Made by a program: the position numbers and the translations under genes
In this document: positions 39,699-49,363 of the stretch, piece by piece
How the letters are laid out: each line of letters opens with the position of its first letter
Position numbering within the stretch: position 1 is the stretch's first letter
Assembly (NCBI GenBank): GCA_964447445.1
Contig: CAYUSW010000065.1
Coordinates: 1,106-65,105 of the forward strand
Source of the DNA: an uncultured Thermotogae bacterium
GTDB lineage: Bacteria > Bipolaricaulota > Bipolaricaulia > UBA7950 > UBA9294
Length of the DNA stretch: 64,000 nt
Reading direction: 5' to 3'
The notes under the pieces: generated by a model
Told to the model about the DNA's origin: nothing
The model's database searches: none
Seen by the model: only the letters and a program-made list of their open reading frames with translations

Positions 39699-40351
39699 TG
39701 GGTCAGAAGATCCATCCGATCGGGTTCCGGGTCGGAGTCACTCGGAAATGGGTTTCCAATTGGTACAACCCGAAACTGGCTCCCGAGTACATCGCCGAGG
39801 ACAAGAGAATCCGCGACCTCATTCAGGAGCGGTATCGAAGAGCGGCGGTTGCAGAGATCAACATCGAACGGTCGAAAGAGGACCGAGTTTCGATCGTCAT
39901 TCGCTCCGCGCGGCCCGGGATCATCATCGGGCGGGGCGGCAGCGAGATCGAGATTCTGCAACGGGCCCTGGAGGATCTCACCGGGCGGACCGTCAAGGTG
40001 TCGATTCAGGAGATCGAGCGTCCCGACCTCGAAGCGCGTCTTGTCGCACAGGACATCGCGCTGCAGATCGAGAATCGCACCGCCCCGGCTCGCACGATGA
40101 AGGAAGCGATACGGCGCGTGATGGGCGCCGGAGCTGAGGGAGTCAAGATCAAGGTCAGCGGGCGCCTCGGGGGAACCGACATCGCCCGTTCCATCACGAT
40201 GAAAGAGGGACGAATCCCGCTCCAAACCCTACGTGCCGACATCGACTACGGGCTTGTCGAGGCGCGGACGAAGTACGGCAACATCGGCGTCAAGGCATGG
40301 GTGTTCCGCGGCGAACGCTCTCCTCGCGCCCACCGAGACGAGGTGAAGTAG
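39698..40351 (+). CDS. rpsC: 30S ribosomal protein S3
   Basis: MGQKIHPIGFRVG... KH domain typical of S3. Confidence 0.95.
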   Translation: MGQKIHPIGFRVGVTRKWVSNWYNPKLAPEYIAEDKRIRDLIQERYRRAAVAEINIERSKEDRVSIVIRSARPGIIIGRGGSEIEILQRALEDLTGRTVKVSIQEIERPDLEARLVAQDIALQIENRTAPARTMKEAIRRVMGAGAEGVKIKVSGRLGGTDIARSITMKEGRIPLQTLRADIDYGLVEARTKYGNIGVKAWVFRGERSPRAHRDEVK

Positions 40352-40352
40352 A

Positions 40353-40784
40353 GTGCCACTCCTTTTCCCCAAGCGAACGAAGTACCGGAAGATGCACCGT
40401 GGGCGCAAAGCCGGAAAGGCTACGCGAGGGAATCAGATCGCGTTCGGGGACTTCGGGATCCAGACGCTCGAGGCATCGTGGATCACTCAGGCGCAGATCG
40501 AGGCGTGCAGAACGACCATCGCACGCACGACGCAGCGCGGCGCGCGCCTGTGGATCCGAATCTTCCCTGACAAGCCGATCACGAAGCACCCTGCGGAAGC
40601 TCGTATGGGAAAAGGGAAGGGCCCGGTCGACCACTGGGTCGCCGTGGTGCGCCCGGGAAGCGTGTTGTTCGAGATCGCAGGTGTGACCGAGGATCAAGCG
40701 AAGCGAGTCCACTACCTCGTGGGCAACAAGCTTCCTGTCCGCACGCGGCTGAAGCGGAGGACTGTCCTTGGAGGCGAGCTATGA
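40353..40784 (+). CDS. rplP: 50S ribosomal protein L16
   Basis: PKRTKYRKMHRGR signature. GTG start. Confidence 0.93.
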   Translation: MPLLFPKRTKYRKMHRGRKAGKATRGNQIAFGDFGIQTLEASWITQAQIEACRTTIARTTQRGARLWIRIFPDKPITKHPAEARMGKGKGPVDHWVAVVRPGSVLFEIAGVTEDQAKRVHYLVGNKLPVRTRLKRRTVLGGEL

Positions 40785-40981
40785 AGACGGACAAGCTACG
40801 CGACATGACGGTCGATGAGCTCGAGCAGCAAGAGCGAGCGCTGAAGAGGAAGCTGTTCACCCTTCGCTTCCAGAGAGCGACCGGGCAGCTTGCGAACACG
40901 GCGGAGCTCGAGAAGGCTCGCCGTTCTGTCGCTCGAGTTCTGACGTTGAAGAGCGAGAAGGCGCGGGAGGAAGGGCGATGA
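40781..40981 (+). CDS. rpmC: 50S ribosomal protein L29
   Basis: 66 aa, L29 pattern and operon position. Confidence 0.9.
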   Translation: MKTDKLRDMTVDELEQQERALKRKLFTLRFQRATGQLANTAELEKARRSVARVLTLKSEKAREEGR

Positions 40982-41223
40982 AGAAGACGAAGACCGGTCG
41001 AGTAATGAGCGACCGGATGGAGCAGACGATTGTTGTCAGAGTCGAGGAGCTTCGCCTTCATCCGCGATACCGGAAGCACGTCGCTCGACATGCCAAGTTC
41101 CACGCGCACGATCCTCGCCAGGAAGCCGGGATCGGCGATCTCGTGCGGATCGAGGAGTGCCGCCCGCTGAGCCGGACGAAGCACTGGCGGCTGGTGGAGA
41201 TCGTCGAGAAGGCGGAGGGCTGA
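40978..41223 (+). CDS. rpsQ: 30S ribosomal protein S17
   Basis: S17 pattern ([17 protein letters not shown]...). Confidence 0.92.
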   Translation: MKKTKTGRVMSDRMEQTIVVRVEELRLHPRYRKHVARHAKFHAHDPRQEAGIGDLVRIEECRPLSRTKHWRLVEIVEKAEG

Positions 41224-41224
41224 C

Positions 41225-41593
41225 ATGATCCAGATGCAGACGATGGTGAAGGTAGCGGACAATTCCGGCGCGAAGCTGGTTCGCTGCTTCAACATCCTTG
41301 GTCCGTCGAATCGACGCGTCGGAGAGATCGGAGACATCGTCGTGGGGTCAGTTCGGAAGCGTCTCCCGACGAGCGACATCGAGAAAGGGCAGATCGTCCG
41401 AGGCGTGATCGTACGAACGCGCAGCGCGTATCGGCGTGAGGATGGGACGTACGTCAGGTTCGACGACAACGCGATCGTGTTGATCAATACCCAGGGGGAG
41501 CCGATCGGAACCCGCGTGTTTGGGCCGGTGGCTCGCGAGCTGCGCGACAAGAAGATGATGCGGATCATCTCGCTGGCGCCCGAGGTTCTCTAG
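41225..41593 (+). CDS. rplN: 50S ribosomal protein L14
   Basis: [17 protein letters not shown] is the L14 signature. Confidence 0.95.
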   Translation: MIQMQTMVKVADNSGAKLVRCFNILGPSNRRVGEIGDIVVGSVRKRLPTSDIEKGQIVRGVIVRTRSAYRREDGTYVRFDDNAIVLINTQGEPIGTRVFGPVARELRDKKMMRIISLAPEVL

Positions 41594-41602
41594 GAGGATG
41601 CG

Positions 41603-41911
41603 ATGAGAAGTGTGCGCAAGGGAGACCGCGTCCAGGTTTTGTCAGGCGACGACCGCGGCAAGGTCGGTCGCGTTCTCGTCGTGATCCCTGAGAAGAACAG
41701 GGTCGTCGTCGAGAACGTGAACATGGTGACGAAACACCAACGGGCGACCCAGAACCTGCGCGAGCCTGGGATTGTGAAGCGGGAAGGGGCGATCCATATC
41801 TCCAACGTCATTCCCGTCTGCCCAGAGTGCGACGCGCCGACCCGGACGCAGTTCGTGGATGTGGAGAATAAGAAGATGCGGAAGTGCAGTCGGTGTGGGG
41901 AGACCTTCTAG
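41603..41911 (+). CDS. rplX: 50S ribosomal protein L24
   Basis: KOW motif (VRKGDRVQVLSGDDRGKVGRV). Confidence 0.92.
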   Translation: MRSVRKGDRVQVLSGDDRGKVGRVLVVIPEKNRVVVENVNMVTKHQRATQNLREPGIVKREGAIHISNVIPVCPECDAPTRTQFVDVENKKMRKCSRCGETF

Positions 41912-41913
41912 AG

Positions 41914-42447
41914 ATGCTGCTACATGAGAGGTACGTCCAAGAGATCGGCCCGCGACTTCAAGCGGAGCTGGGCATCTCGAACGTGATGCAGGTTCCGCGA
42001 ATCGTCAAGGTCGTCGTCAACATGGGGGTTGGCGACAAGGACAACCCCAAAGTCCTGGAGGGGGCGGTCCAGAACTTGGCGAAGATGACGGGGCAGCGGC
42101 CCGTGGTGACGAAGGCGAAGAAGTCGATCTCCGACTTCAAGCTCGTCATCGGAGATCCGATCGGGTGCCGTGTGACGCTGCGAGGCACGAGGGCCTACGA
42201 GTTCCTCAACAAGCTGTTCAACGTCGTGCTGCCGGGGATACGCGACTTCCGGGGGCTCTCGGCATCGGCGTTCGACGGGCGAGGCAACTATAGCGTCGGC
42301 CTCTCCGAGCAACTGACGTTCCCTGAGATCGAGTACAACGAGATCGTGAAGACTCAGGGAATGGACATCACGATCGTAACGACCGCGCGCGACGACCGCG
42401 AGGGCTATGTGCTCCTCAAGGCGTTGGGATTCCCGTTCAACGACTAG
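41914..42447 (+). CDS. rplE: 50S ribosomal protein L5
   Basis: L5 signature present. Start ATG 41914, right after the L24 stop. The track's 41884 start overlaps L24. Confidence 0.92.
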   Translation: MLLHERYVQEIGPRLQAELGISNVMQVPRIVKVVVNMGVGDKDNPKVLEGAVQNLAKMTGQRPVVTKAKKSISDFKLVIGDPIGCRVTLRGTRAYEFLNKLFNVVLPGIRDFRGLSASAFDGRGNYSVGLSEQLTFPEIEYNEIVKTQGMDITIVTTARDDREGYVLLKALGFPFND

Positions 42448-42456
42448 GGGGCAAGG

Positions 42457-42642
42457 ATGGCGAGGAAAGCGCTGATCAACAAGACGAAGATGACGCCCAA
42501 GTTCCCCGTCCGCAAGTACCATCGCTGCAATCTGTGCGGGCGACCTCACGCCTTCATTCGGGACTTCGGACTGTGTCGGCTTTGCTTCCGCAAGCTCGCC
42601 CACTTGGGTGAGATTCCTGGAATCAAGAAGGCGAGTTGGTAG
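42457..42642 (+). CDS. rpsN: 30S ribosomal protein S14, type Z (zinc-binding)
   Basis: 61 aa with CxxC...CxxC (CNLCGR...CRLC). Confidence 0.93.
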   Translation: MARKALINKTKMTPKFPVRKYHRCNLCGRPHAFIRDFGLCRLCFRKLAHLGEIPGIKKASW

Positions 42643-42648
42643 GAGGGC

Positions 42649-43056
42649 ATGATGATTCCTTATCCGATTGGCGACATGCTGACGCGGATCCGTAATGCGA
42701 ACTCGCGGCTCCACGACGGCGTGACCATGCCGCACTCGCGGCTGAAAGAGGCAGTGGCGCAGATCCTGCTCGAGGAAGGCTACGTGGAAGCGTACGAGAG
42801 GATTGATGGGGTTCCTCAGCCCCAGCTCCACATTCAATTGAAGTATCGGGGCGAGCGGAACCGCGCGCGGCGAGCGATCAGCGAGATCCGCCTCGTCAGC
42901 AAGCCCAGCCGGCGAGTCTACGTGGGTCGGGACGAGATCCCTCAGCCGCTGGGGGGAATGGGAATCTGTGTTGTGTCCACCTCGCAGGGAGTGCTTTCGG
43001 GCAAGGATGCGCGCGCGCGCGGACTCGGTGGCGAAGTGCTGTGCGAGGTTTGGTAG
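42649..43056 (+). CDS. rpsH: 30S ribosomal protein S8
   Basis: S8 signature (DMLTRIRNA...). Confidence 0.93.
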   Translation: MMIPYPIGDMLTRIRNANSRLHDGVTMPHSRLKEAVAQILLEEGYVEAYERIDGVPQPQLHIQLKYRGERNRARRAISEIRLVSKPSRRVYVGRDEIPQPLGGMGICVVSTSQGVLSGKDARARGLGGEVLCEVW

Positions 43057-43068
43057 GGTGATGCTGCG

Positions 43069-43620
43069 ATGTCCAAAGTAGGCAAAGTACCAGTGGCAGT
43101 CCCAAGCGGCGTGAAGGTAACCGTCGCCGGAGGGACGTTCAGCGTGGAAGGCAAGCACGGCCGGCTCTCGCAAGCGTATCGGCCGGACATGGTGGACATC
43201 GTCGTAGCCGATGGCACAGTGCGTGTCTCCCGCCGCAAGGAAGGCAAGGAGTATCGCGCCTACCACGGCCTCTATCGAAGCCTGCTGGCGAACATGGTCA
43301 GGGGCGTGTCGGAGCGATGGGAGAAGCGCCTGATCATCAAGGGCCTGGGCTACCGCGCGCGTCTTCAGGGGAACACGATCACTCTCGACCTTGGATACGC
43401 GGGGCCGAAGGAGTACGAACTCGCGGCGGGTATTGAGGCCGAACTGCCGAACCCGACGGAGATCATCATCCGGGGCGCGAGCAAGCGGGACGTGGGCCAA
43501 GTGGCGGCGGAGATACGGCGCCTGCGGAAGCCCAACGTGTACGACGGGAAGGGCATTCGCTACAAGGACGAGATTGTTGTGCAGAAGGCCGGGAAGCTCG
43601 GCGGTCAGGGCGCCGCGTAG
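43069..43620 (+). CDS. rplF: 50S ribosomal protein L6
   Basis: L6 two-domain pattern and operon position. Confidence 0.92.
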   Translation: MSKVGKVPVAVPSGVKVTVAGGTFSVEGKHGRLSQAYRPDMVDIVVADGTVRVSRRKEGKEYRAYHGLYRSLLANMVRGVSERWEKRLIIKGLGYRARLQGNTITLDLGYAGPKEYELAAGIEAELPNPTEIIIRGASKRDVGQVAAEIRRLRKPNVYDGKGIRYKDEIVVQKAGKLGGQGAA

Positions 43621-43632
43621 GGAGAGTGGGCG

Positions 43633-43998
43633 ATGGCAAAGATGACGAACCGTGCTGCCGAGCGCCAGAAGCGACACCGTCGCCTTCGAAGGCGCATCGT
43701 GGGATCGAGCGAGCGGCCGCGCTTGTGTGTGACGAAGACATTGAGACACTTCTATGTTCAGATTGTGGACGACAAGGTAGGGGCTACCCTCGTCCAGGCG
43801 TCAACCCTCGACGGCGAGCTGCGCGGCGAGGTTGGCGGGCCGAACCGAACAGCCGTTCTGAAAGTCGCGGCGAAGCTGGTGGAGCGAGCGTCTCAGGCAG
43901 GGATCAAGCGAGTTGTGTTTGACCGCGGAGGATACCCGTACCACGGTGTGGTGTCGGCCTTTGCTGAGGCCTGTCGGGAGGGGGGGTTGGAGTTTTGA
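43633..43998 (+). CDS. rplR: 50S ribosomal protein L18
   Basis: L18 signature (RPRLCVTKTLRHFYVQIVDD...VVFDRGGYPYHGVV). Confidence 0.93.
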   Translation: MAKMTNRAAERQKRHRRLRRRIVGSSERPRLCVTKTLRHFYVQIVDDKVGATLVQASTLDGELRGEVGGPNRTAVLKVAAKLVERASQAGIKRVVFDRGGYPYHGVVSAFAEACREGGLEF

Positions 43999-44492
43999 TC
44001 AGCCACGACGAGTTCGAGAACGAGATCATCGACATCCGACGCGTCAGCAAGGTGACAAAGGGAGGTCGGAATCTCCGCTTCCGCGTGACGATGGTCGTCG
44101 GCGACCGGAAGGGGCGCGTGGGCGTCGGAGTCGGCAGCACGACCGAGATCCCTCGCGCGATCCAACAGGCAATTCGCGACGCGAAGAAGAGCATGGTCAC
44201 GGTGAACACCACCGGCGGGACGATTCCCCACGAGACCTGGGGCAAGTTCAAGGCCGGCTACGTGCTTCTGAAGCCAGCGCATCCGGGGACCGGACTGATC
44301 GCCGGCGTGACCGTCGGCGCGATCTGTCGCCTTGCAGGAATTGCGGACATTCTGACGAAGTCCGTGGGGACAACCAACCCCCTTACGTTGTCGCGAGCGG
44401 CACTCGACGGCCTCTCCCGCCTGCGCAGCCAGCGGGAAGTGGAAGAGCTGCGGGGCGTTGCGGTGGGCGAGGAGGCGGGGCATGCGGCTTGA
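43995..44492 (+). CDS. rpsE: 30S ribosomal protein S5
   Basis: S5 signature (IDIRRVSKVTKGGRNLRFRV). It is directly followed by L15, with no L30 gene between. Confidence 0.93.
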   Translation: MISHDEFENEIIDIRRVSKVTKGGRNLRFRVTMVVGDRKGRVGVGVGSTTEIPRAIQQAIRDAKKSMVTVNTTGGTIPHETWGKFKAGYVLLKPAHPGTGLIAGVTVGAICRLAGIADILTKSVGTTNPLTLSRAALDGLSRLRSQREVEELRGVAVGEEAGHAA

Positions 44493-44928
44493 GGATCTAC
44501 GACCCACGGCGGGGAGCAAGCACCGGCGGAAGAGAATAGGCCGGGGCGGCGGCTCCGGGCATGGCGGGCACACAGTTGGCCGCGGGATGAAAGGGCAGAA
44601 TTCCCGCAGCGGCGGCGGAACGCGCCTCGGATATGAAGGCGGGCAGACACCGATCTGGATGCGGGTCCCCAAGAGGGGTTTCCATAACTTCGCGCGCATC
44701 GTCTACGCGTGCGTGAACGTCGATACGTTGGACGAGCGCTACTCGGCCGACGATGTCGTGACGCCGGAGACGCTGACGGCCATGCGACTCGTGAACGAGC
44801 GCGACGTGCCGGTCAAGATCCTCGGGCGCGGGGAGCTCTCGAAGCCCCTCACTGTGCGCGCACACCGGTTCGGAGCTGAGGCGAAGCGGAAGATCGAGGC
44901 GGCCGGCGGTCGGGCCGAGGTGATCTAG
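44482..44928 (+). CDS. rplO: 50S ribosomal protein L15
   Basis: L15 Gly-rich N-terminus (GRGGGSGHGGHTVGRG). ATG 44482 overlaps the S5 stop. Confidence 0.92.
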   Translation: MRLEDLRPTAGSKHRRKRIGRGGGSGHGGHTVGRGMKGQNSRSGGGTRLGYEGGQTPIWMRVPKRGFHNFARIVYACVNVDTLDERYSADDVVTPETLTAMRLVNERDVPVKILGRGELSKPLTVRAHRFGAEAKRKIEAAGGRAEVI

Positions 44929-44930
44929 AG

Positions 44931-46220
44931 ATGTGGGAGAAATTCGCGAGCCTGTTCAAGGTCCCGGAGCTTCGGAAGAGAATCCTCTTTACTCTCGGCG
45001 CGATCATCGTGTTCCGCCTGGGTGTGCACATCACTGTTCCCGGCGTGGAGAAGCAGCTTCTGCAACAGGTATTCAACCCGGGGAGTGGCGGCCTCTTCGA
45101 CTTCATGAACATGTTCACAGGCGGCGCGCTGCAGCAGTTCTCGCTCTTCGCGCTGGGCGTGACGCCCTACATTAACGCCTCGATCATCTTCAGCCTGCTC
45201 ACGTCCGTCGTGCCGAAGCTGAAGGAGCTTCAGCAACAGGGGCGCGAGGGACGGCGCAAGATCACGGCGTACACCCGTTGGGCGACGGTCGGACTCGCGA
45301 TCCTGCAGGGCGCCTTCATGACGACGCTGATCCGGAGCGCTGCAACGCAAGGCGCGGGGGTCCTCTTCTACGTGACCACCGTGATCGCGCTGACGACCGG
45401 GACGATCTTCCTGATGTGGCTCGGCGAGCGCATCACGGAGAACGGGATCGGGAACGGGATCAGCATGCTGATCATGGTGGGGATCCTGTCGCGGTTCCCC
45501 TCGTCGCTGAACTCGATGTGGACGAGCATCAGCACGGGCTCTGCGAGCCCGATCTGGGGAATCGTCTTCATCGTCCTTCTCGTCGTCGTTGTGGCGGCAA
45601 TGACGATGGTCCAGCAAGGGCAGCGCAAGATTCAGATCCAGTACGCCAAGAGAACGATGGGAAGGCGGATCTACGGCGGGCACACGTCACACCTGCCGCT
45701 TCGAGTGAACCAGGGCGGCGTCATCCCGATCATCTTCGCGTCGGCCCTGTTGAGCCTGCCGATCACGCTGTTCGAGGCATTGCCCAGTCTCCGGCCGTAC
45801 ATGTACCTGATTGCGTCGGGGAGCTTGCTGTACATGGGACTGTACGTCCTGCTGATCTTCTTCTTCACGTACTTCTACAGCTCGATCGTGTTCGATCCTG
45901 TGGACATGGCGAAGAACATCCGTGAGGCCGGCGGATTCGTCCCCGGCGTGCGTCCGGGCACTCCGACGGCGGAGTACATCAGCGCGATCATGAGTCGCAT
46001 CCTTCTCGTGGGCGCGGTGTTCCTGTCCGCGATCGCGATCCTGCCGTACATCCTGTCGGCAGCGAGCAAACTGCCCACGATGTTCCTCATCGGAGGGACG
46101 TCCCTGCTGATCGTCGTGGGCGTCGGAATCGACACGCTGATGCAGATCGAGGCCCACCTGGTCATGCGGCACTACGAGAGCCTGACGAAATCCGGGCGCC
46201 TGCTCGGTAGGAGAGGTTGA
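44931..46220 (+). CDS. secY: preprotein translocase subunit SecY
   Basis: 10-TM SecY topology. 429 aa. Confidence 0.95.
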   Translation: MWEKFASLFKVPELRKRILFTLGAIIVFRLGVHITVPGVEKQLLQQVFNPGSGGLFDFMNMFTGGALQQFSLFALGVTPYINASIIFSLLTSVVPKLKELQQQGREGRRKITAYTRWATVGLAILQGAFMTTLIRSAATQGAGVLFYVTTVIALTTGTIFLMWLGERITENGIGNGISMLIMVGILSRFPSSLNSMWTSISTGSASPIWGIVFIVLLVVVVAAMTMVQQGQRKIQIQYAKRTMGRRIYGGHTSHLPLRVNQGGVIPIIFASALLSLPITLFEALPSLRPYMYLIASGSLLYMGLYVLLIFFFTYFYSSIVFDPVDMAKNIREAGGFVPGVRPGTPTAEYISAIMSRILLVGAVFLSAIAILPYILSAASKLPTMFLIGGTSLLIVVGVGIDTLMQIEAHLVMRHYESLTKSGRLLGRRG

Positions 46221-46852
46221 TGCCGGGGAAGCGCGTGGTGTTCCTCGGCCCTCCTGGAGCCGGCAAGGGCACTCAAGCGAAGCGCGTGGTGGAGCGGCTC
46301 GGCCTTCTTCACCTATCCACCGGCGACCTGCTTCGGGATGAGGTGGCTCGGAAGACAGCCCTCGGGGCCAAGGCGAAGACCTACATGGACCGTGGCGAGC
46401 TGGTTCCGGACGGGTTGATCATTGACATGATCCAGGGGCGGATCGCGGGAGCGACGACGGGATTCCTGCTCGACGGGTTTCCCCGCACGGTCGCTCAGGC
46501 GGAGGCGCTTGCTTCGATCACGAAGCTCGACGCGGTCGTGAGTATCGACCTGCCGCGGGCCGAAGTCGTACGCCGACTGACGTCGCGCAGAGTGTGTCGC
46601 TCGTGCGGCGCGATCTACAACCTCACGTACAATCTGGCGTCTGATGCGACGCCGTGCGAAGCCTGCGGGGGCGTGCTCTACCAGCGGGATGACGATCGCT
46701 CCGCCGTGATCGAGAACCGGTTCGACGTGTACGAGAAGTCGACGGCTCCGCTCGCGACGTTCTACCGAAAGCAGGGCCTGCTTCACTCTGTAAACGGGGA
46801 GCTCGGGAGCGATAAGGTCTTCGCGGAGATCATGCAGCTTCTCGAAGCATGA
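46217..46852 (+). CDS. adk: adenylate kinase (long form with Zn-ribbon LID)
   Basis: GPPGAGKGTQ P-loop. LID with CRSCG...CEACGG. Confidence 0.93.
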   Translation: MMPGKRVVFLGPPGAGKGTQAKRVVERLGLLHLSTGDLLRDEVARKTALGAKAKTYMDRGELVPDGLIIDMIQGRIAGATTGFLLDGFPRTVAQAEALASITKLDAVVSIDLPRAEVVRRLTSRRVCRSCGAIYNLTYNLASDATPCEACGGVLYQRDDDRSAVIENRFDVYEKSTAPLATFYRKQGLLHSVNGELGSDKVFAEIMQLLEA

Positions 46853-47601
46853 TCTTGCTCAAGACGGAAGAGGAGCTGGCCATCATGAGAGAAAACGGCC
46901 TGTTCCTCGCGGACATCCTGGCGGAACTTGTGGCGGAAGTACGACCCGATCGGACGACCGGGTTCTTCAACCGGCTCGCGGCGGACCGGATCGCAGCGTG
47001 CGGAGGAGAGTCGGCGTTCGACCGACTCGCAGGCTTCCCGGGAGTGATCAATACGTCGATCAACGACGAAGTGGTCCACGGGGTGCCGAGCGAGGAGCGG
47101 GTGCTGCACGACGGCGACCTCTTCTCGATCGATATCGGAATGGTTCGGAAGGGCTTCTGCGTCGATATGGCGACGACGATCGGCGTGGGGCAGATCGACA
47201 GCGCGGCGCAGAGACTGCTCGAAGTCGGAGAGCAGAGCTTGTGGGAAGGGGTCAGGGAAGTTAGAATCGCGAAACGGTTGTCCGACGTTTCCCACGCTAT
47301 CGGCGCGTACGTCGAGTCGCGCGGTTTTCACGTTGTGCGGGAGTACGTGGGACATGGAATCGGGAGGGCGCTTCACGAGGATCCCCAGATTCCCAACTAC
47401 GGCCCGCCGGGTCGCGGTGTCCGCCTGAGGGCAGGGATGACTTTGGCCATCGAGCCGATGGTAAAGGTCGATGACCTGCCCACTCGCGTGCAGGATGACG
47501 AGTGGACCGTAGTCACTGCGACCGGAGGCCTGTCGGTGCATTTCGAGCATACGGTCGCTGTAACGAGCGACGGAGCAGTGGTCTTGACCCTAAGGAGGTG
47601 A
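46849..47601 (+). CDS. map: type I methionine aminopeptidase
   Basis: Pita-bread fold motifs. 250 aa. Confidence 0.92.
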   Translation: MILLKTEEELAIMRENGLFLADILAELVAEVRPDRTTGFFNRLAADRIAACGGESAFDRLAGFPGVINTSINDEVVHGVPSEERVLHDGDLFSIDIGMVRKGFCVDMATTIGVGQIDSAAQRLLEVGEQSLWEGVREVRIAKRLSDVSHAIGAYVESRGFHVVREYVGHGIGRALHEDPQIPNYGPPGRGVRLRAGMTLAIEPMVKVDDLPTRVQDDEWTVVTATGGLSVHFEHTVAVTSDGAVVLTLRR

Positions 47602-47610
47602 CAAGAGGGC

Positions 47611-47853
47611 GTGGTGGCGACGAGTGAGTCCCGAGGCAACAAGGAAGATGTCATTCGACAGCGCGGCGAGGTCATCGAGAGCCTCCCGGGGTCGACGTTT
47701 CGAGTGCAGCTGGCCAACGGACACGTCATTCTGTGCCACATCTCGGGGCGGATCCGCAAGCACTACATCAGGATTCTGACCGGCGACCGCGTGATCGTGG
47801 AGATGTCGCCGTACGATCTGACGAAGGGACGCATCGTCTATCGTGAGAGCTGA
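47611..47853 (+). CDS. infA: translation initiation factor IF-1
   Basis: S1-like OB fold ([43 protein letters not shown]). GTG start after AAGGAGGTG. Confidence 0.92.
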   Translation: MVATSESRGNKEDVIRQRGEVIESLPGSTFRVQLANGHVILCHISGRIRKHYIRILTGDRVIVEMSPYDLTKGRIVYRES

Positions 47854-47873
47854 TCCGCAGCACGCTGACACGT

Positions 47874-47987
47874 ATGAAAGTTCGAGCATCCGTCAAGAAG
47901 ATGTGCGCGAAGTGCAAGGTCCTCCGGCGGGAAGGGCGTTTATTGGTGATCTGCCGGAACCCGAAGCACAAGCAGCGCCAAGGGTAG
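47874..47987 (+). CDS. rpmJ: 50S ribosomal protein L36
   Basis: Manual translation [37 protein letters not shown] (37 aa, Zn-ribbon C..C..C..H). It is below the ORF-track length cutoff. Confidence 0.88.
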   Translation: MKVRASVKKMCAKCKVLRREGRLLVICRNPKHKQRQG

Positions 47988-48000
47988 GGGGAGAGGAAGC

Positions 48001-48366
48001 ATGGCGCGTATAGCTGGAGTCAACCTGCCGAGTAACAAGCGTATCGAGATTGCGCTCACGTACGTGTACGGCATTGGGCATCCGCGTGCTGCCGACATCG
48101 TAGCCAAGACCGGCATCTCGCCCGACGTGCGAGTCAAAGATCTGACCGAGAACGAGGTGGCCAGTCTGCGGCGCGAGGTGGAGCAGTACGTGGTGGAAGG
48201 GGATCTGCGCCGGCGGGTCGTGTCGAGCATCCAGCGGCTGAAGGACATCAGCTCCTATCGTGGTCTTAGGCACAAGAAGCGACTTCCTGTGCGCGGCCAG
48301 CGCACGCGGGCGAACGCGCGCACATGGAAAGGGCCGCGTCCAGCCAAAGCCGGGAAGAAGAGGTAG
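48001..48366 (+). CDS. rpsM: 30S ribosomal protein S13
   Basis: [10 protein letters not shown] signature. Confidence 0.95.
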   Translation: MARIAGVNLPSNKRIEIALTYVYGIGHPRAADIVAKTGISPDVRVKDLTENEVASLRREVEQYVVEGDLRRRVVSSIQRLKDISSYRGLRHKKRLPVRGQRTRANARTWKGPRPAKAGKKR

Positions 48367-48369
48367 GGA

Positions 48370-48729
48370 ATGGCGACGAAGAATATCAAGCTTGAGCGTG
48401 CCATGATCCACGTGCACTCGACGTTCAACAACACGATCATTACCGTGACGGACCCGAGCGGCCATCCGGTGGCGTGGAAGAGCCCCGGGGTCGTCGGATA
48501 CAAGAATTCCAAGAAGGGGACTCCGTACGCGGCGCAGATCGCGGCGGAGGCATTGGTGCGCGAGATCAAGGACTACGGCGTGCGTTCGGTCGCCATCCGC
48601 GTGAAAGGGACAGGGTCGGGGAGGCAGTCCGTAGTCCAGACGATCAAAGCCTCGGGCATTCGCATCGAGGAAGTGAAGAACGTGACGCCGGTCTCGCACA
48701 GCAATTCGCACAGCAAGGGGAAAGGCTAA
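48370..48729 (+). CDS. rpsK: 30S ribosomal protein S11
   Basis: S11 signature present and operon position. Confidence 0.93.
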   Translation: MATKNIKLERAMIHVHSTFNNTIITVTDPSGHPVAWKSPGVVGYKNSKKGTPYAAQIAAEALVREIKDYGVRSVAIRVKGTGSGRQSVVQTIKASGIRIEEVKNVTPVSHSNSHSKGKG

Positions 48730-49352
48730 TGGGACGCGATACAGGCCCGAAGTGCAAACAGTGCCGCCGGGAAGGCGAGAAGCTCTTCCTGAAGGGGGAT
48801 CGCTGCTATTCGAGGAGCTGCGCGGTGTCGCGACGAGCGAGTCCACCGGGCGAGGGCCCGAAGAAGCGCAGACCGCGACGAAGCCAGTACCAACTCCACC
48901 TGCGAGCGAAGCAAAAGGCGCGGCGGATCTATGGCGTGCGTGAGAGTCAGTTCAGGATCTACGTTGCCCGGGCAAAAAGCGTCAAGGGAGCGACGGGTGA
49001 CGCGCTCCTGGGCATGCTGGAGCAGCGCTTCGACAACATGGTCTACCGCTCCGGCTTCGCGGCCTCGCGCCAGCAGGCGCGCCAGCTGATCGTGCACGGG
49101 CACTTTGCTTTGAACGGGCGGTCGTCGAACGTTCCGTCGATCCTGCTTCGCGAGGGCGACATCGTGTCGGTGAAGCAAGAGCGACTCGACAAAGTCAAGC
49201 CGATCGTTGGAGCGAACCAGGACCGCGACGTTCCTGCTTGGATTGAGAGGAACAGCGACGCGCTGCGGTTCCAGGTGTTGGGACTGCCCAACGCCGCGCA
49301 GATGGGCCTCGACATCTCCGCCAATCTGATCGTCGAGTTCTATTCCCGCTAG
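48729..49352 (+). CDS. rpsD: 30S ribosomal protein S4 (zinc-binding N-terminus)
   Basis: MGRDTGPKCKQCRREGEKLFLKG...S4 domain. Its ATG shares one base with the S11 TAA stop. Confidence 0.93.
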   Translation: MGRDTGPKCKQCRREGEKLFLKGDRCYSRSCAVSRRASPPGEGPKKRRPRRSQYQLHLRAKQKARRIYGVRESQFRIYVARAKSVKGATGDALLGMLEQRFDNMVYRSGFAASRQQARQLIVHGHFALNGRSSNVPSILLREGDIVSVKQERLDKVKPIVGANQDRDVPAWIERNSDALRFQVLGLPNAAQMGLDISANLIVEFYSR

Positions 49353-49363
49353 GAGGTGTGGTC

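Noticed and set aside
41920-43749. 609-aa minus-strand ORF
   Set aside because: Antisense to rplE, rpsN, rpsH, rplF and rplR. Ribosomal-protein signatures on the plus strand are unequivocal.
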